DNA from: Schmidtea nova
Taxonomy: Eukaryota
Reading direction: 5' to 3'
Assembly (NCBI GenBank): GCA_044892505.1
Contig: CM097882.1
Coordinates: 538,780,001 to 538,844,000, forward strand
DNA length: 64,000 bases
The position numbers and the translations under genes were made by a program. This document shows, piece by piece, positions 1 to 13,188 of this stretch; the first letter of the stretch is position 1; every line of letters begins with the position of its first letter. The notes under the pieces are model-generated. The model made no database searches. It saw only the letters and a list, made by a program, of their open reading frames with translations, and was not told where the DNA came from.

Positions 1-186
1 AGACGTGATCGCTATAGATAGCAAACTATTGATGCCCAGGTCCTATTGACCTTACTTTGGGGGAGGCATCGACGACCCTTGTGGACGCGATAACTTGCCC
101 AGCGTGTCTTTTAGGCACAGGCATTTAATCACCGCTCTTTAGGACTGGCAATATTAAGCACTTGTTCTTCATCTTATCTTCTCTTT

Positions 187-771
187 CCTTGATATATATT
201 AATAATAATAAATTTTTAAGTAAATAATAATAATTAAAATAATAAAGTTATAATAATTATTATTTTGTTTTCTATTTTATTTTTCATATATGAGCTAAAT
301 TATTTAAATTAAATAAAATATTTTCATGTATAAAGTATTTAATTTGACTTTAAATATTTTCATATATGACATACTTTATTTAAATTAAATAAAAATCTTT
401 TCATATATGACCTACTTAATATATAAAGTACTTAATTTGACTTTACTTAATTTACATTAAATAAAAATATTTTTCATATATTAAGTACTTAATTTTGCAT
501 TTTTAACACCACTTGAAAAACAAAATGGCCGATAATTTTTTGATTTTTAACAATTCTTGAAAAACAAACTAGCCGATTCAAAATGGCCGACAATATTTTG
601 ATTTTTAACGCCACGATTACCTTAAAATTCAAAATGGCGTAAAAATTGACCTTAAAATTCAAAATGGCATAAAAATTTGAACTTAAGTTTCAAAAAGTTT
701 AAAAATTCTTTTAAAAAATCGTGGGGGTAGGGGGAGGGGGTATTGGTTGTGTAGATAGCCCATAAGGTACT
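187..771 (-). mobile_element. Terminal fragment of a Polinton-like large element with subterminal TGACCT/AAAATGGC repeats
   Basis: Read on minus from 771 it starts AGTACCTTATGGGCTATCTACAC, followed by a C-rich tract (G5 runs at 722-740 on plus), four AAAATGGC(C/G/A) copies (~522, 580, 631, 661) and degenerate ATATGACCTACTT monomers like the 19.5-22.6 kb array. It abuts Gypsy RNase H sequence at 772. Confidence 0.5.
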
Positions 772-2247
772 TCTAGCAACTTTTGACATTAAGTTCGTTC
801 ACATCTCCAGCAAAGACAACGTAGTCACCGACTACCTTTCTAGAAATATTTCAGCATCTATTACATATACTCTAGTCTTTAGTCAAGATACTCTCCGTTC
901 AAATTTACCAACCTCAGAAGACCTCGTTCGCTTCAAAGACTCGCTTGAGATAATAGACGGTATACATTACGATACAATGTAAAAAAACACTCTCCGACCA
1001 ATTCTACACCCATTGCTCAGAAATGAAACATTCTTTTCGATTAATAATCTACACCACCCAATAATTAAGTCCACGTACCATATTATACGACAGAAAGTCA
1101 CCTGGTTCTAATTATTCAAACACATAAAACAGTTGTTGTCGGAATGTACAGGCTGCCAACTACACAAAGTGAACAGAAATACTAAACCACCAATCATCCC
1201 ATTCCCAACGATTTCAAGATTCGACATACTCCACATCAATCTAGTAGGCAAACTCTCCGCAGACGACGGATTCTGTTACATACTGACAATGATTGATCGG
1301 AAAACACGCTGGTTCAAGGCAGTTCCAATTTCTGGTATCGCCGCAAGTTGCACACATTTTAACATCCACCTGGTTTTTACTTTATGGAATCCCAACCGCT
1401 ATAAACACAGACCAAGGCACACAATTCGAATCAGACCTTTTCGATCATATTACAAACAGTTTCGGCATAAAACATTTATGCACAAACTCCTATCAACTGC
1501 AAACAAATGGTCTTGTTGAACGCGCTCATCGGACCTTGAAATCGTCCCTCAAAATTCTCTCAACGTCAATCTCATAGGTTAAAACTTTACCATTTGTTTT
1601 ATTGGGATGGAAAAACACACCAAATCGCTCAAGTGGCATGTCACCTTCACAACTTTTGTTTGGATCCAACACCTTCATACCTAATGAACTCATCAACCTC
1701 TATAACGATTCACTACTAGACGAAATCAATCTCACGCGCAAACATATTTTTAGTCTCCACACAAATCCGTCATTCACACACTCCACATCATACAAACCGT
1801 ATATACCACAATTGCTTTCTTCTGCAACCCACGCATGGCTGAAAACAATCGACTCATCAAACCTCAAACCTAGTCACAAAGGTCCATTCCGCATCATCGA
1901 ACTGTACAAAAACACAGCAAAACTTGAAATTGACAACAACCACGTAATGGTCAACCTCTCAAGAATAAAACTATTTTTTATACTCTCGAGGATGATGAAG
2001 CGCCAAATAACCACATCACAAAAGAGGATGTCATTGACGAAGACATTCTTGAAGACAAGGAACAACTGACGACCCTTATAAACTCGCCTAATATCCAAGG
2101 TTTTCAAGGCAATCTTCCATTCCTTTCTAGAAGAGCCTGTAAAATCCCTCAATATCTTTCCGATTATGACCTTAAGTAACTCTTTCAACGGCTAACACCC
2201 TTTTTTCCAGTGCATAGAGACGCTCCACGTACTTCGGTGGGGGCTAT
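772..2247 (+). mobile_element. Degraded Gypsy pol 3' part: RNase H end, HHCC zinc finger, integrase core, PPT
   Basis: KDNVVTDYLSR (RNase H end) at ~810-843; CTGC; HINLVG (catalytic D mutated to N), TDQGTQFES, GLVERAHR spread over frameshifted ORFs 1133-2069; purine tract CGGTGGGGGCTAT directly before TGTAGT at 2248. Confidence 0.9.
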
Positions 2248-2460
2248 TGTAGTTCCTCGGATTTTATTATGACATTAATTTAATAATTAAATTATTAATT
2301 TAGTATGATATTAAATAAACATTTAATTTATCTATTTTATCATAAAATTTAATATTCTTATTTACATAAATAAAATTAAAATAATTGGCATTAGATTTAA
2401 TTTTATAAATAATGTTTATTTTAACATTATCATTTTTTTAAGTTATGTTTTTTTAGAACA
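2248..2460 (+). repeat. Start of the 3' LTR of the Gypsy fragment (right end uncertain)
   Basis: TGTAGT(T/G)CCT start after the PPT, same junction as the element at 24165-27290. Confidence 0.55.
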
Positions 2461-2982
2461 TCTTGATTATTTAAGTTGTTATTTTTATAGTAACTTGAAT
2501 TTTCGATGTTCATAGTATTATCTTTTGAGTTGTCAATTGTTTGATAACTCAATTGAACGTTACTTATATTTATTAGATTATTTTTATTTAATTCGTTATC
2601 TTGTTATTGTTATTATTATTATTAATTTTTGACTTTTATATTACTAATGTTATTTATATGATTTAATGATTAACGTTTTGAAAATAATATCGAAAATTTT
2701 ATTATTATTAGTACTATTATTATTAATAAAAATATCTTAACAAATTCTTACACTTGTTTATTCTTTCTACATTAGTCGTGGATCGATCATTTATTCTTCC
2801 GCCATGTGTGATATCTTATTTACACACATGGTATGTTTATAGTCATACACACAGAATATACATTCATATATAGTGCTTTTATGTTATTTTTGTGTTTTTA
2901 ACGTGTTTACTTGACGAGACTTTGTTCATTTTAATTCTTAGATGTGTTTTATTTAATTTTTAATGTGTTTTGTTATTATTTT

Positions 2983-3611
2983 GTTGAGATTACCTCAACA
3001 ATAAAATTAAATAATATCATAAATATATAAAATAATTGGTGGGAGGAATTGACTGGGTAAACACAAAGATGTTTTGAAACTGAGAAAAGGAGAAGGAAGA
3101 ACTAAAATTGAGAAATGAGAAAGTATTAGAAAAATAAAAGAAATCGAACAATAAAGCAAGAAAATGTCATTGATATTTAATCAATGCAAAGGGAAAAGGT
3201 GAATTCCAAAATTGGAAAACTAAAACAAGAAAAAAATTCATATCTTGACAGATTATCGGAGATATTATAAGTGCGGAGGAAAAAGTAAAAAAGAAAAAGG
3301 ATGACATGTCTCGACAGCTGTCATAAAAGGTAAGGCTGTAAGGCCACGAAAAAAGTATGAAGTATGCTGTAGGCAAAGAAATGGGAAAACAAGAATAATT
3401 TCAAGTACTAGAGAATGACGAGCTATAAAACTGAGAAATAACAGTAGATGAATTAGAACTCATATTGGAGAATTTAGATTATAGAAATTGGAGAAATCGA
3501 AATTGTAGTAGAGGAAATTGAAAAGAAACCTATTTAGCCAATTAGAATTATATTATCGGAAAACGTGAATTTATTGGGTTTAGAACTTATTGGGTTTAGT
3601 TTTTGCCAAAC
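2983..3611 (+). repeat. Diverged partial copy of the ~1-kb solo-LTR family A
   Basis: Begins TGTTGAG and aligns by eye with the reverse complement of 57300-57903 (AATAAAATTAAATAATATCAT, GAGAAATGAGAAAGTATTAG, TTCATATCTTGACAG). Confidence 0.75.
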
Positions 3612-4208
3612 AATAATATGGGTATTTAAGATATGCAAATCAGTGAGATATTTGAGACGAGGAAGTTTGGTTATCAAATTTAGTTAAGAAATACAAGATA
3701 AAAATATGTTTAGCCTATAATATTTTGAGCTTCTTTCGAAAACTATTTACTGATACTTTACACTTAATCGTCGTGTTATGGAAAATTCCGTGGATAACGG
3801 AATTCTCCGTTTTTTAAAACCCATGCGTTAAATGCGGAAATATTATTATTTCATGTTTTACAATTAATATTTGAGAGTGTCACACATTTTTATATCTGGC
3901 CGTCATAATGTTATAAAATATAGAGCCTTCTGGAAGTCGCATGCACAAAGATATACATATGATTTAATAAATAAAATTTTTACTTTTGAATAAATAATTT
4001 TAAGATGATAATTGCAAATTAATGAAAACCGCTATCTTTTTAAATGACCTTTATAAAAATGTTAAATCAACTAGTTTGTTCACCATAAAAATGGTTCGTA
4101 ACATTGTGATGTCAACGCTGTTCAATTATATCAATTACGTATTGAGAAGAAAGTAGACTGTTAATATCAAGCATCATTTATTTTTTTACAAGAATTCTAA
4201 ATTTTATT

Positions 4209-7200
4209 ATGTGTTCTATAAATTTATCTAAAAATCATTTGTTTGAAAGAACCGATCCTATAAATGACTGGGGAACTGGAAAACCACCTAGGAAATCTAT
4301 TGAATGCTTTGGAGATATTAGTAAACCACCAGCTTTTTATTTGTAGTAAGTGTTTTGTTTGAATATTCATAATTTCAATGTTTATATTTGTTTTATTATA
4401 CGTATATACAGATTCAATCAGAAGGGGACAGGGAGAGCGGTTGTCGGGGATTTTACAATGTTAGGGATTCAATTTATAATTCGATATTTTAGAAAAAAAT
4501 ATGTTTAATATTTATATAATCAATTAATGCAATGATGCAACAGTTGGGAGAAATATTTTTTGTTTTAAAAAGAATTAGATATTTTCTACGATCGATAATA
4601 CTGTTCAACACTATTTTTATTGTCGCTGACCTTAGAGTGATTTTAATACGCTGATTCCAATTTTAGCTGTTGATTTTGTTTGATTGGTTCTAATCTTTGA
4701 TAAAATTATGTCTTTATCCATAAGATCTCGAAAAAAGAGGAAATTTGTGAAATCGGTTCGTTAATCTTACTACATCTTGAAAAGATTCCTAATTTTATTA
4801 GTCTTGAGGATACTTATATAATAAATAATATTATAAAGAATTTGAATAACTTGGTAGAAAATCGATAGGTGAATGAGCTAGCATTCTGGGACTTGGAGAA
4901 GAAAACGGAAAAGCAAAAAAATTGAAAAATGAGGAAAGATTAAAATAATAAAAGAAATTAAACAATAAAACAGAGAAAGGTCACTTATAAATAATAAGTG
5001 CAAGAAAATAACATGGAATTCCTGAATTCGGAAAACAAAAACAAAACCGGTATCTTGATAGATGTCAAAGATAACACGGGAATTGGGAAAAACATTGGGA
5101 AATACCAGTGACAAAAAGAAAAAAGTAAATCTTTTAGAGTGCCGAACGGCTATGTGAACCATTGGAGCTAAAGAGGAAGATTGGAAATGCCAGCGGCAGG
5201 AATGGGAGAAAAAACAAATCATCAGAGGTGTCGGAAAATGTCAAACTATAAAAAGGGAGAGACACCAGCTTTAGACAGAGGTTTTGTGTGGAACGAATTT
5301 GTAACGGAGGTTTGTGGAGAAGTTTGTGGCACGAATTATAACTGAAGTTTGCGGAGAAGTATTGCGGTGAGAATTTGCAACAAAAGTTTTAAGATAAGAA
5401 ATTATTAAGAAGTTAATCGAGGAAAGTTTTTGGAAATTGATTATTGAGAAATTTATATATAAAGTTTGTAAGCCGTATTTCAAGTCAAAACAAAGAAAAC
5501 AATTAGTTTGTTATCCATTTTTAAATCTAAATCAGTAGTTGGTGATTGTTAGACAGAAATTATATACTAGTGCTTTTCCTCACATAAGTTTTGTAATAAG
5601 CACTGCATGATTGCCTCAGGTTATTGATTGAGTGTACCAGTGTAATTGTGAAATCAGTTGTGATATCAATAAAAATTACGGCTTTAATTGTTATTCCATT
5701 GATAAATAAAGCATGCATTCGGAGTCAGAAATTTGATTGGTAATTTTTAAACTTCACCAACAACCCAATAACCCAACAATAGTATTTACGCAAGTTTCCA
5801 TGGAACAATATGAATGTACCATGAAAACGCAGGAATGAACTAAGAAAATATATATTATGTACAGCAAAGGAGTTTCTTTGATTTTCTGTTATGTGCTGTA
5901 ACAGGAGATTAGTGTTGGAGAGTCCAGCAGTAAGTGTATCTTTGTGTCTATATTGAATCCAAGACTTTTAAAGTAAGAGAGCATGTTTATCACAAATTCG
6001 TTATAATTGTCAGCTCGATATTTTCCCCATAATTTCTTCTCTACTGCTACGTAACTGTGCCTAGCAGAAGTCTAGTCAGTATTCATTGAAATTATATTTA
6101 AGCAATAATTATCAGATAGCACGTATTTTAGATTTTTCTAAAATAGTAACTAAATTTACTTATTCTAAAACTCTCAAAGCTTCTGTAAAATAAAAAACTC
6201 TTAATTTTTTATCCACGTTTTTATTTTAAAGGTCCTCAAAAATATTAGTTCCCATTAAAATTGTTGAGTTATTATTTAAATAGTCGGTTAATATATGATT
6301 CCTCGTGTCCTTTCTTTGTGAATCGAATAATAGAAACCCTACACAGAACAAATTTATTGACTCTCCAAAACAAATTATTAATGGTCACTGTATTTGCACT
6401 CCCCTTTGGGAACTAGGTTTTTTGACTAAAAGCAGGTTACCCAATGAGAAGTCTCCTTTTCTGGAAGTCAATATAGTAAATATTTTCCACACGAATTTAT
6501 TTCTCTTTTAATTTTACCAACGTCCAGCTTGTTGTAGCTTAATAGTTGAATCTCAGTCTTTATCACCAGTGTTTTGCTTTTTTTGTCTTTTAACAGTTCC
6601 TTTTTTTCTAAGTCGCTGCCAAAATATTTTACTCGCTGTTTGACAAACATTTCCGTAATTCTGGAGTAATTGCATTCGAAACAAGCAATTTGTTTTGGTC
6701 AAATCTCGGAGTAATTTACCCTAGTAAAATTAATAATTTTATTGATTACCCGGAATTTTATCTTAGCTCAGCTTTCTGCACGTCTTGAGCTTCCCATTAG
6801 TTCTGGTTTCTGATTGGCTTGGCTTTTCCATTAGGGGATTAATTAATTTTAATTAATTTTCTTTCTTTTTATTACTTTCTCTAGGGATCCTTCGATAAAC
6901 TTTTGTTATTTTGGGCTTGTCTCTAGACGTTGTATTCAAATATACTTGTTTCGCCTTGAAAATATTAATTTTTCTAAAGTTTTTCTAAAGATTTTATAAA
7001 TTTTTTACTTTAATTATTTTTGATCTTTTTAATGTTGGACTGGTAGAGGTGAAATAAAATTTATGTTTTAATGCATCGAAAAATAAATACACACAAAAAA
7101 GAGGCATATTCATAGCTCACATAACACATAAGAGCATTAAGCACAAAAATAACACAAAAGTAAATAAAATAGTAAAGCACAAATAAGCACAAATAGTAGG

Positions 7201-10200
7201 CATACGTACCACATTTCACAAATCGGTTGAGTTAAGGATAAATAGATAAAAATGTGGCATCTCAAAACCGAGCATATAATTTGAGTCAAGCTCAAATTAC
7301 TTATAAAGCCCTCACGAGAATTGAATGGGAAAGATCATTGCTAGAATATTAGTTACGAAAAAGTATGATCGAAGATAAATTTTATATCAAAATAAATAGA
7401 ATAATTCATTAAAATTATAGTAGCAATCCTGATCTAAATATCCTTAAAATAACTGAAATAAGGAACTAGTAAATCAAAAAAAAAATTCTTTTTTCAAATC
7501 CATGTTTTATGCGAGCAGAACTCCACTTGGCTGAGAAATTTTTTTTTGCAATTTATATTACATTTACACACAAAATTTCTCTGAAGACACTAACACATTT
7601 ACCTCTCGTCCATTGTTAAATGTATGGGGAAATTCAAATTGTTATTTAGTTAACTTAATTAACTTTCTTTGGTCAAATTTATCAATTTCCATGTATTGTC
7701 ACCGGAAGTGAGCAAGTGTGCAAAATTTGAAGTGAATCGGTTGAGAGAAAAGCACTAAAAAATTGATTTGTAATTTTGTGGCACACACATATATATAGAA
7801 AGCAACCTTATATAAAGCATGGAAAAATAGGAATTTAAAAATTTATTTAATCAATTAATGTGCACAAAATGACGCCATAAATTGTAATATTAATTTTACT
7901 AAAAAGCAAAGAAATAATTCATTTATTCAAATAAATAATTTAAACATTCAAATAAATATACAAATTAAATTGAAAATATTTCTATTTAAGGAATAGAATG
8001 CATAGGCGTAACTCAAAAATATTATAAATAGACGCTAAAATTTCATAACTTTAATTTTGCTAACAAACGTGTGTAATTCTTTTCTACCAGCCAGCATCAG
8101 CGTTCATTCAATTTAGTCATTCTAACAGAATATTTTTGTAAATTGCGAGCAGGAACCAACAAGTATGTTTATGTTTTATGTAATGGTAACTGTCATGCGT
8201 TTTATTTGTAATTGGAAATAAATATTTGAAGTAAAAAATGGCTTGATCTCTTGCTCTGTTTCATATGATTTTCCCGATTAAACTGAAACTGACCTCTGTT
8301 GGCCCATCAGCGAAAAGTTCCCTATGTTTTAGAGAATCCAAACCGAAGTGTCGGAATGGGTTCTCAAACCATCGTCTTAATAAATTATATAGATCTGTTA
8401 GTGTTAAAGGGAATTAGTGGGTGTAAATGAAAATTGAACTAGCAATTATAAGTGGGATACTGTTCAGAATCGTCATGGAATAAATATGTGTATATGGTAG
8501 ACGACATAAAGTGAGGTTATAGAAAGTCACTAATTGATAAGTTAAGAAGACCTTTAAAGTATAAAGTAATTATACGCATAAGTACTTCTATCGGCAGCAA
8601 GAACCCGAAAGATAGAATACAATGAGAAATAGATTTGTCACTTGCTCATTGAACTCTCGCATCACTATGTACATTATCAACATAGATTACCAGAGAGTAA
8701 CTATTGGTACACAAGTGAGGGAGATTTAACATTTTCTTGATGGTGTATAGTGTTACCGTAAACCCTAGTGACAACAATTTTTAACAACCGAAACACCAAC
8801 ATTATTGATGTTTTTGGTTTTCCGCGCTTTTATTTCCATCATTTTATATCAACTCCAGCAATATTTAATATTGTTAGTTTTTAGTAATTGATTGTTGATT
8901 ATAAAGAATTAGACAAGCAATCTTTCATACCGAAAAATTAATAAACCCAACAACATAATGATGTTTATTTATTTAATTTTCATTTTATTTTATCAAATTC
9001 TTTGAAAATGATTTTTATTTCAGTAAGTGTTCAACGAAACAACCGTATGAAATTACTCAACTGAATCTCAGTAAAAACAGAGCTCACGATTCATTAGTTC
9101 CCAGTCCAAATCACTTTAATGCGTTGTAAAAAATGTCATGCAAATAAAATTAATAATATGTGATATTAAGCAAATCAGAAATAAATTGCGAAATCCCGGT
9201 TTACCATCCATATTCATCCCATATTCCGTATTTCGAAACAATTCCAAAATACGAAAATCGTAAGGGTACAGAAGGTTATTTATTATCAAAAGAAAATTCA
9301 CCTAAGTGGATAATAAATTCAAAAATAAGAGGTAATTTTGTATTATTATTAATTAGCTAGTCTGTCATCCTGGATTCTCATCGAGTTAACAAAAGCAAAC
9401 AATTTTATTTTTTTAAATGTTTTTACTCTCACGGGGGCCTCAAATTAAATTTTGCTTGTATGTCAAAAAAGGTTGTAGTTACTTCATTGTAAAAATTTCA
9501 CTTGTATGCTGTAAACTTTATATTTGCTAAATACTGCTGACTCTCGGGTATATTACACCGTCTTTTTTAATTCGTCTATCAACGTTGTATTTTCTGGAAT
9601 GCAATCACACCTTCCATTGCGTCGGGTTTTTTCCAACTCCTTGCCGGTCATTGTAGTTACATGTATAAAATGTTTTTACTGATCTTTATAATTTTAAGAA
9701 ACTTTGACATTCTTTAATGACTTTCAATATATTTTCTTTGTATTAAAATTTGTTTTAAGATTTTTGAAGACTACCAAATTTTCTTTACCAAACAACGAGG
9801 CTTTACTTTTTGCGCACATTCGTTTAATTAAACATTAAAAAAAATTTTAAATTAGAAAAAACTAGAAAGTAATACTGAAGGAAAATCTATATTTGACGTA
9901 TTAGAACATTATTTTAAAGAAAAATGTTTTTTCTCTTAGTAATATCGTATCCGTTGCTACTGATGGTACTCCGGCAACGGTTGGACGATACCGTGGGTTG
10001 ATTTCATATTTGAAAAATGAGGTACCAAATTTAATCGCTGTGCATTGTGTGATTGACAGACAGCATTTGGTTGCAAAAACCCTGAGTACTCGCCTTCATT
10101 GCTCGCTCTAGTATTTAATAATCAGAAGTTAACAAGATCAGGAGCAATGCTCTCAATGATAAACTGTTTCGAAAGCTTTGTGGCGAAAATGATGAAGGCG

Positions 10201-13106
10201 TCAATAGTTTACTATTACACACTAAAGTTCACATACTATCATGGTACCTGTTCAAAAAGATTTTATGAACTCTGACTCAGTTATAACGTTTTTTGAAAAT
10301 AAAAATGATTTGTTAAGAGAGAATTTATTGAAATTATAAATGATATAGCTTTTTCAACTGATTTATATAATATGAATTTAATCAAAGCAAAGCAAAGGCA
10401 ACTATTTCTGCTTTCGTGTCAAAACTTGCCTAGTATAAACAAAATTTGAGTCCAAGGCTGTTTTATCAGTTTCAAAATTTTTCCTTTGTCGAAACAAATT
10501 ATGACGACATTTTGGCTTATCGCCAGCATTTAGAAGGACTAAAGAAGATTTTACAAATATATTTCAGGTTGTTCTCACTTTTATTATTCCAGATTGGGCC
10601 CTAGAACTTTCCTCAAACATAAAAACAGCAGAATTATCAATACAGGAATAGTTGATAGAACTTTCAACAAACAAAGAGTTAAAATTGAAATTTAAAAAAT
10701 GATATTAAGAATTTTGGTTTCAAAGGCAAATTTCAGTATTATATCCGGCCGTATGGTCTACAGTCTGGATGTTTTTTACTGCACTCCCGTCTTCATATTT
10801 AGCCGAAAGAGGATTTAGCATAGTTTTCAATTTATTAACAAAAAAAAGAAACAGATTGTGAATAGTGGAACGCAGCGATTTAAGATTGTTGATGACAGAA
10901 ATGGCACCAAATATCAAAAAATCAGTGTCATTACACCAAGCTCAGCCTTCTCACTAATAATATAATATTCATTTATTTAGTTAACAATATATATTTCTTA
11001 ATCAAATTTTGAGCAATACACCAAATTTTTTAATATCTTCTAATAAAATAATTTTTAAAAGCTTATTTGTTTTTCACCCAAGACCCGGTGCTATCGAAGC
11101 ATTCTTTTAAAAAGTAGGCTATGACTCAATAAAGTCGGGAACTTACGGATTACAATTTTATTATTGATTTCAAGAAAGGGAATTGGTAAGTTTCTTTTTT
11201 TCTGAAAAAGGTAGCGGTGAGTATTTTCTTTTCGAAAAAGGGGCAATAGACCAAATAAAGGTTGAGAATCTAGGTAATAAATGATTATATTCAGAATTTA
11301 TGTCTATAAATATTATAAATTTATTCCATTATAAATATTTTGTTTTCATTTATTAGCCTTGTGTTTAGTGGTGCTGAGTTTTTTAAGAGAAATTTATTAC
11401 GAATTGATAATTTTTTAAACCTTGAATAATTGAATATTGTTTTAAGGTATCATTAACATGCATTTTCAATAATGTCTTCAGTTAAACTGTTAAACCTTTA
11501 TTTTTTGTATTTTTATTAAATGAAGTCTTTCTAAATATCTAAATTTTTTAAGAGAAATTTATTACGAATTGATAATTTTTTAAACCTTGAATAATTGAAT
11601 ATTGTTTTAAGGTATCATTAACATGCATTTTCAATAATGTCTTCAGTTAAACTGTTAAACCTTTATTTTTTGTATTTTTATTAAATGAAGTCTTTCTAAA
11701 TATCTAAATTTTTTAATATTCTGTCACAATTTTAAACCCTAACATAAAAAGAAACAATCCTAGAAAATTACAAGAGTTAAAAAATGCTTTCAGGATTTAT
11801 ATTTTATTATAAAAATAACAATATATAATGTTACTGGATTGAAAAAGTCATATTAGGAAATCCTTATAGAGAAGAAACGTTTACTAATAAGGAAGGCAAT
11901 CGGGATCATGCCTATAAACAATGGGAACCGTTCATGATGGTTTGTTAAAGTTTTCTAAATCCTAATTTGAATTATCTTAATCGATAGAGTTCAAAATCAG
12001 AAAAACATAGAAATAATAATTATTACCCATCACCAAAAAAGCTTATCAGACCGATAGATGAATGTATTTTTATTCTACCTGATGAAGAAAAAAGAAATAA
12101 ATGTATTTTGGAGTTATCGAAATCGAATTTTACTTCAACATATCAATCTGATTTTAGCCAAATTGATTCCAAGGCACAATGCAGATTAGATCCCATTCCG
12201 AAAACAAATCGAATTCATTCGAGTAAAGTACGAACATTTTGTTTTGTTTTATTATGAAACAAATGTATCAGTCACTTCAATAGTAAGATTTGTCCCCATC
12301 AAATAAGTGCCGCATAGTGTTACATAATATTTGACGCATGCTGTATAATAGATGATGCAATAGTTACACAATTCTAAACAGTGAGTGACATCAATTTAAT
12401 CAACCCAGATTATTAAATCAATCATTTGATTTATGTAAAATAACCCCAAATCGTCAGAATAATTATATTAATTCGATTCCGTAATAAATCTTTCATAAAA
12501 ACGAAAGTAAAAAATTATTCCAACTTGGAAGTTGAACCTGAGCCTCACACATATAATTTTTTCAAACATTGCATTCCAGTGTCTCAACCACTAAGCTACA
12601 TCTGACAATTTTTATAAATAAAATTTTAATATCTATTTGATTTTTGTAATCTTTACATAGGTTTAATAATAATAATAATAATAATACTGCCCTCCTTATC
12701 AAATAGACCGTAACTGCAAAAATACACTTAGGAGATAAATAACAAAACGTGTTTTCAATTCTGCCAACCAGTTAACCTAAACCAATCATCCATTTATATT
12801 TGTTTGCATCTAGGCCTAGTGATGCAGATACGGTCTTATCGCTAAGCAGAATGAAGGTTAATTGCAACTGCATACAGTTGACGCCTCTAACTCGATTTTT
12901 GTAGTTTTGTCAGTTACGGTCTATGTACATTATTATACTTGACACTAATAAAAATAATACATATAATAAATTAAAAAAGACAAATTTTTTAAAAACTTGA
13001 TTTACAAAATTTTACATAATTTTCAATCATACCAGATTCGGTAAAGAAATGTTTTAAGCAAATCATTTTGTGTTGATTAATTGAGAACTAGTTAAAGATT
13101 ATTCAA

Positions 13107-13188
<82 letters not shown>

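Noticed and set aside
8580-8610. HDV-like ribozyme in the CCTTCTATCGG motif (and the GC-rich patch at 53160-53225)
   Set aside because: P3 pairing is not kept across copies, the L3 U-G pair is absent, and no P1/P2 could be built by eye.
12828-12842. ACGGTCTTATCG resembles my recollection of the planarian spliced-leader exon
   Set aside because: Only ~12 nt match, no donor site or Sm site follows, and it lies inside a MITE.
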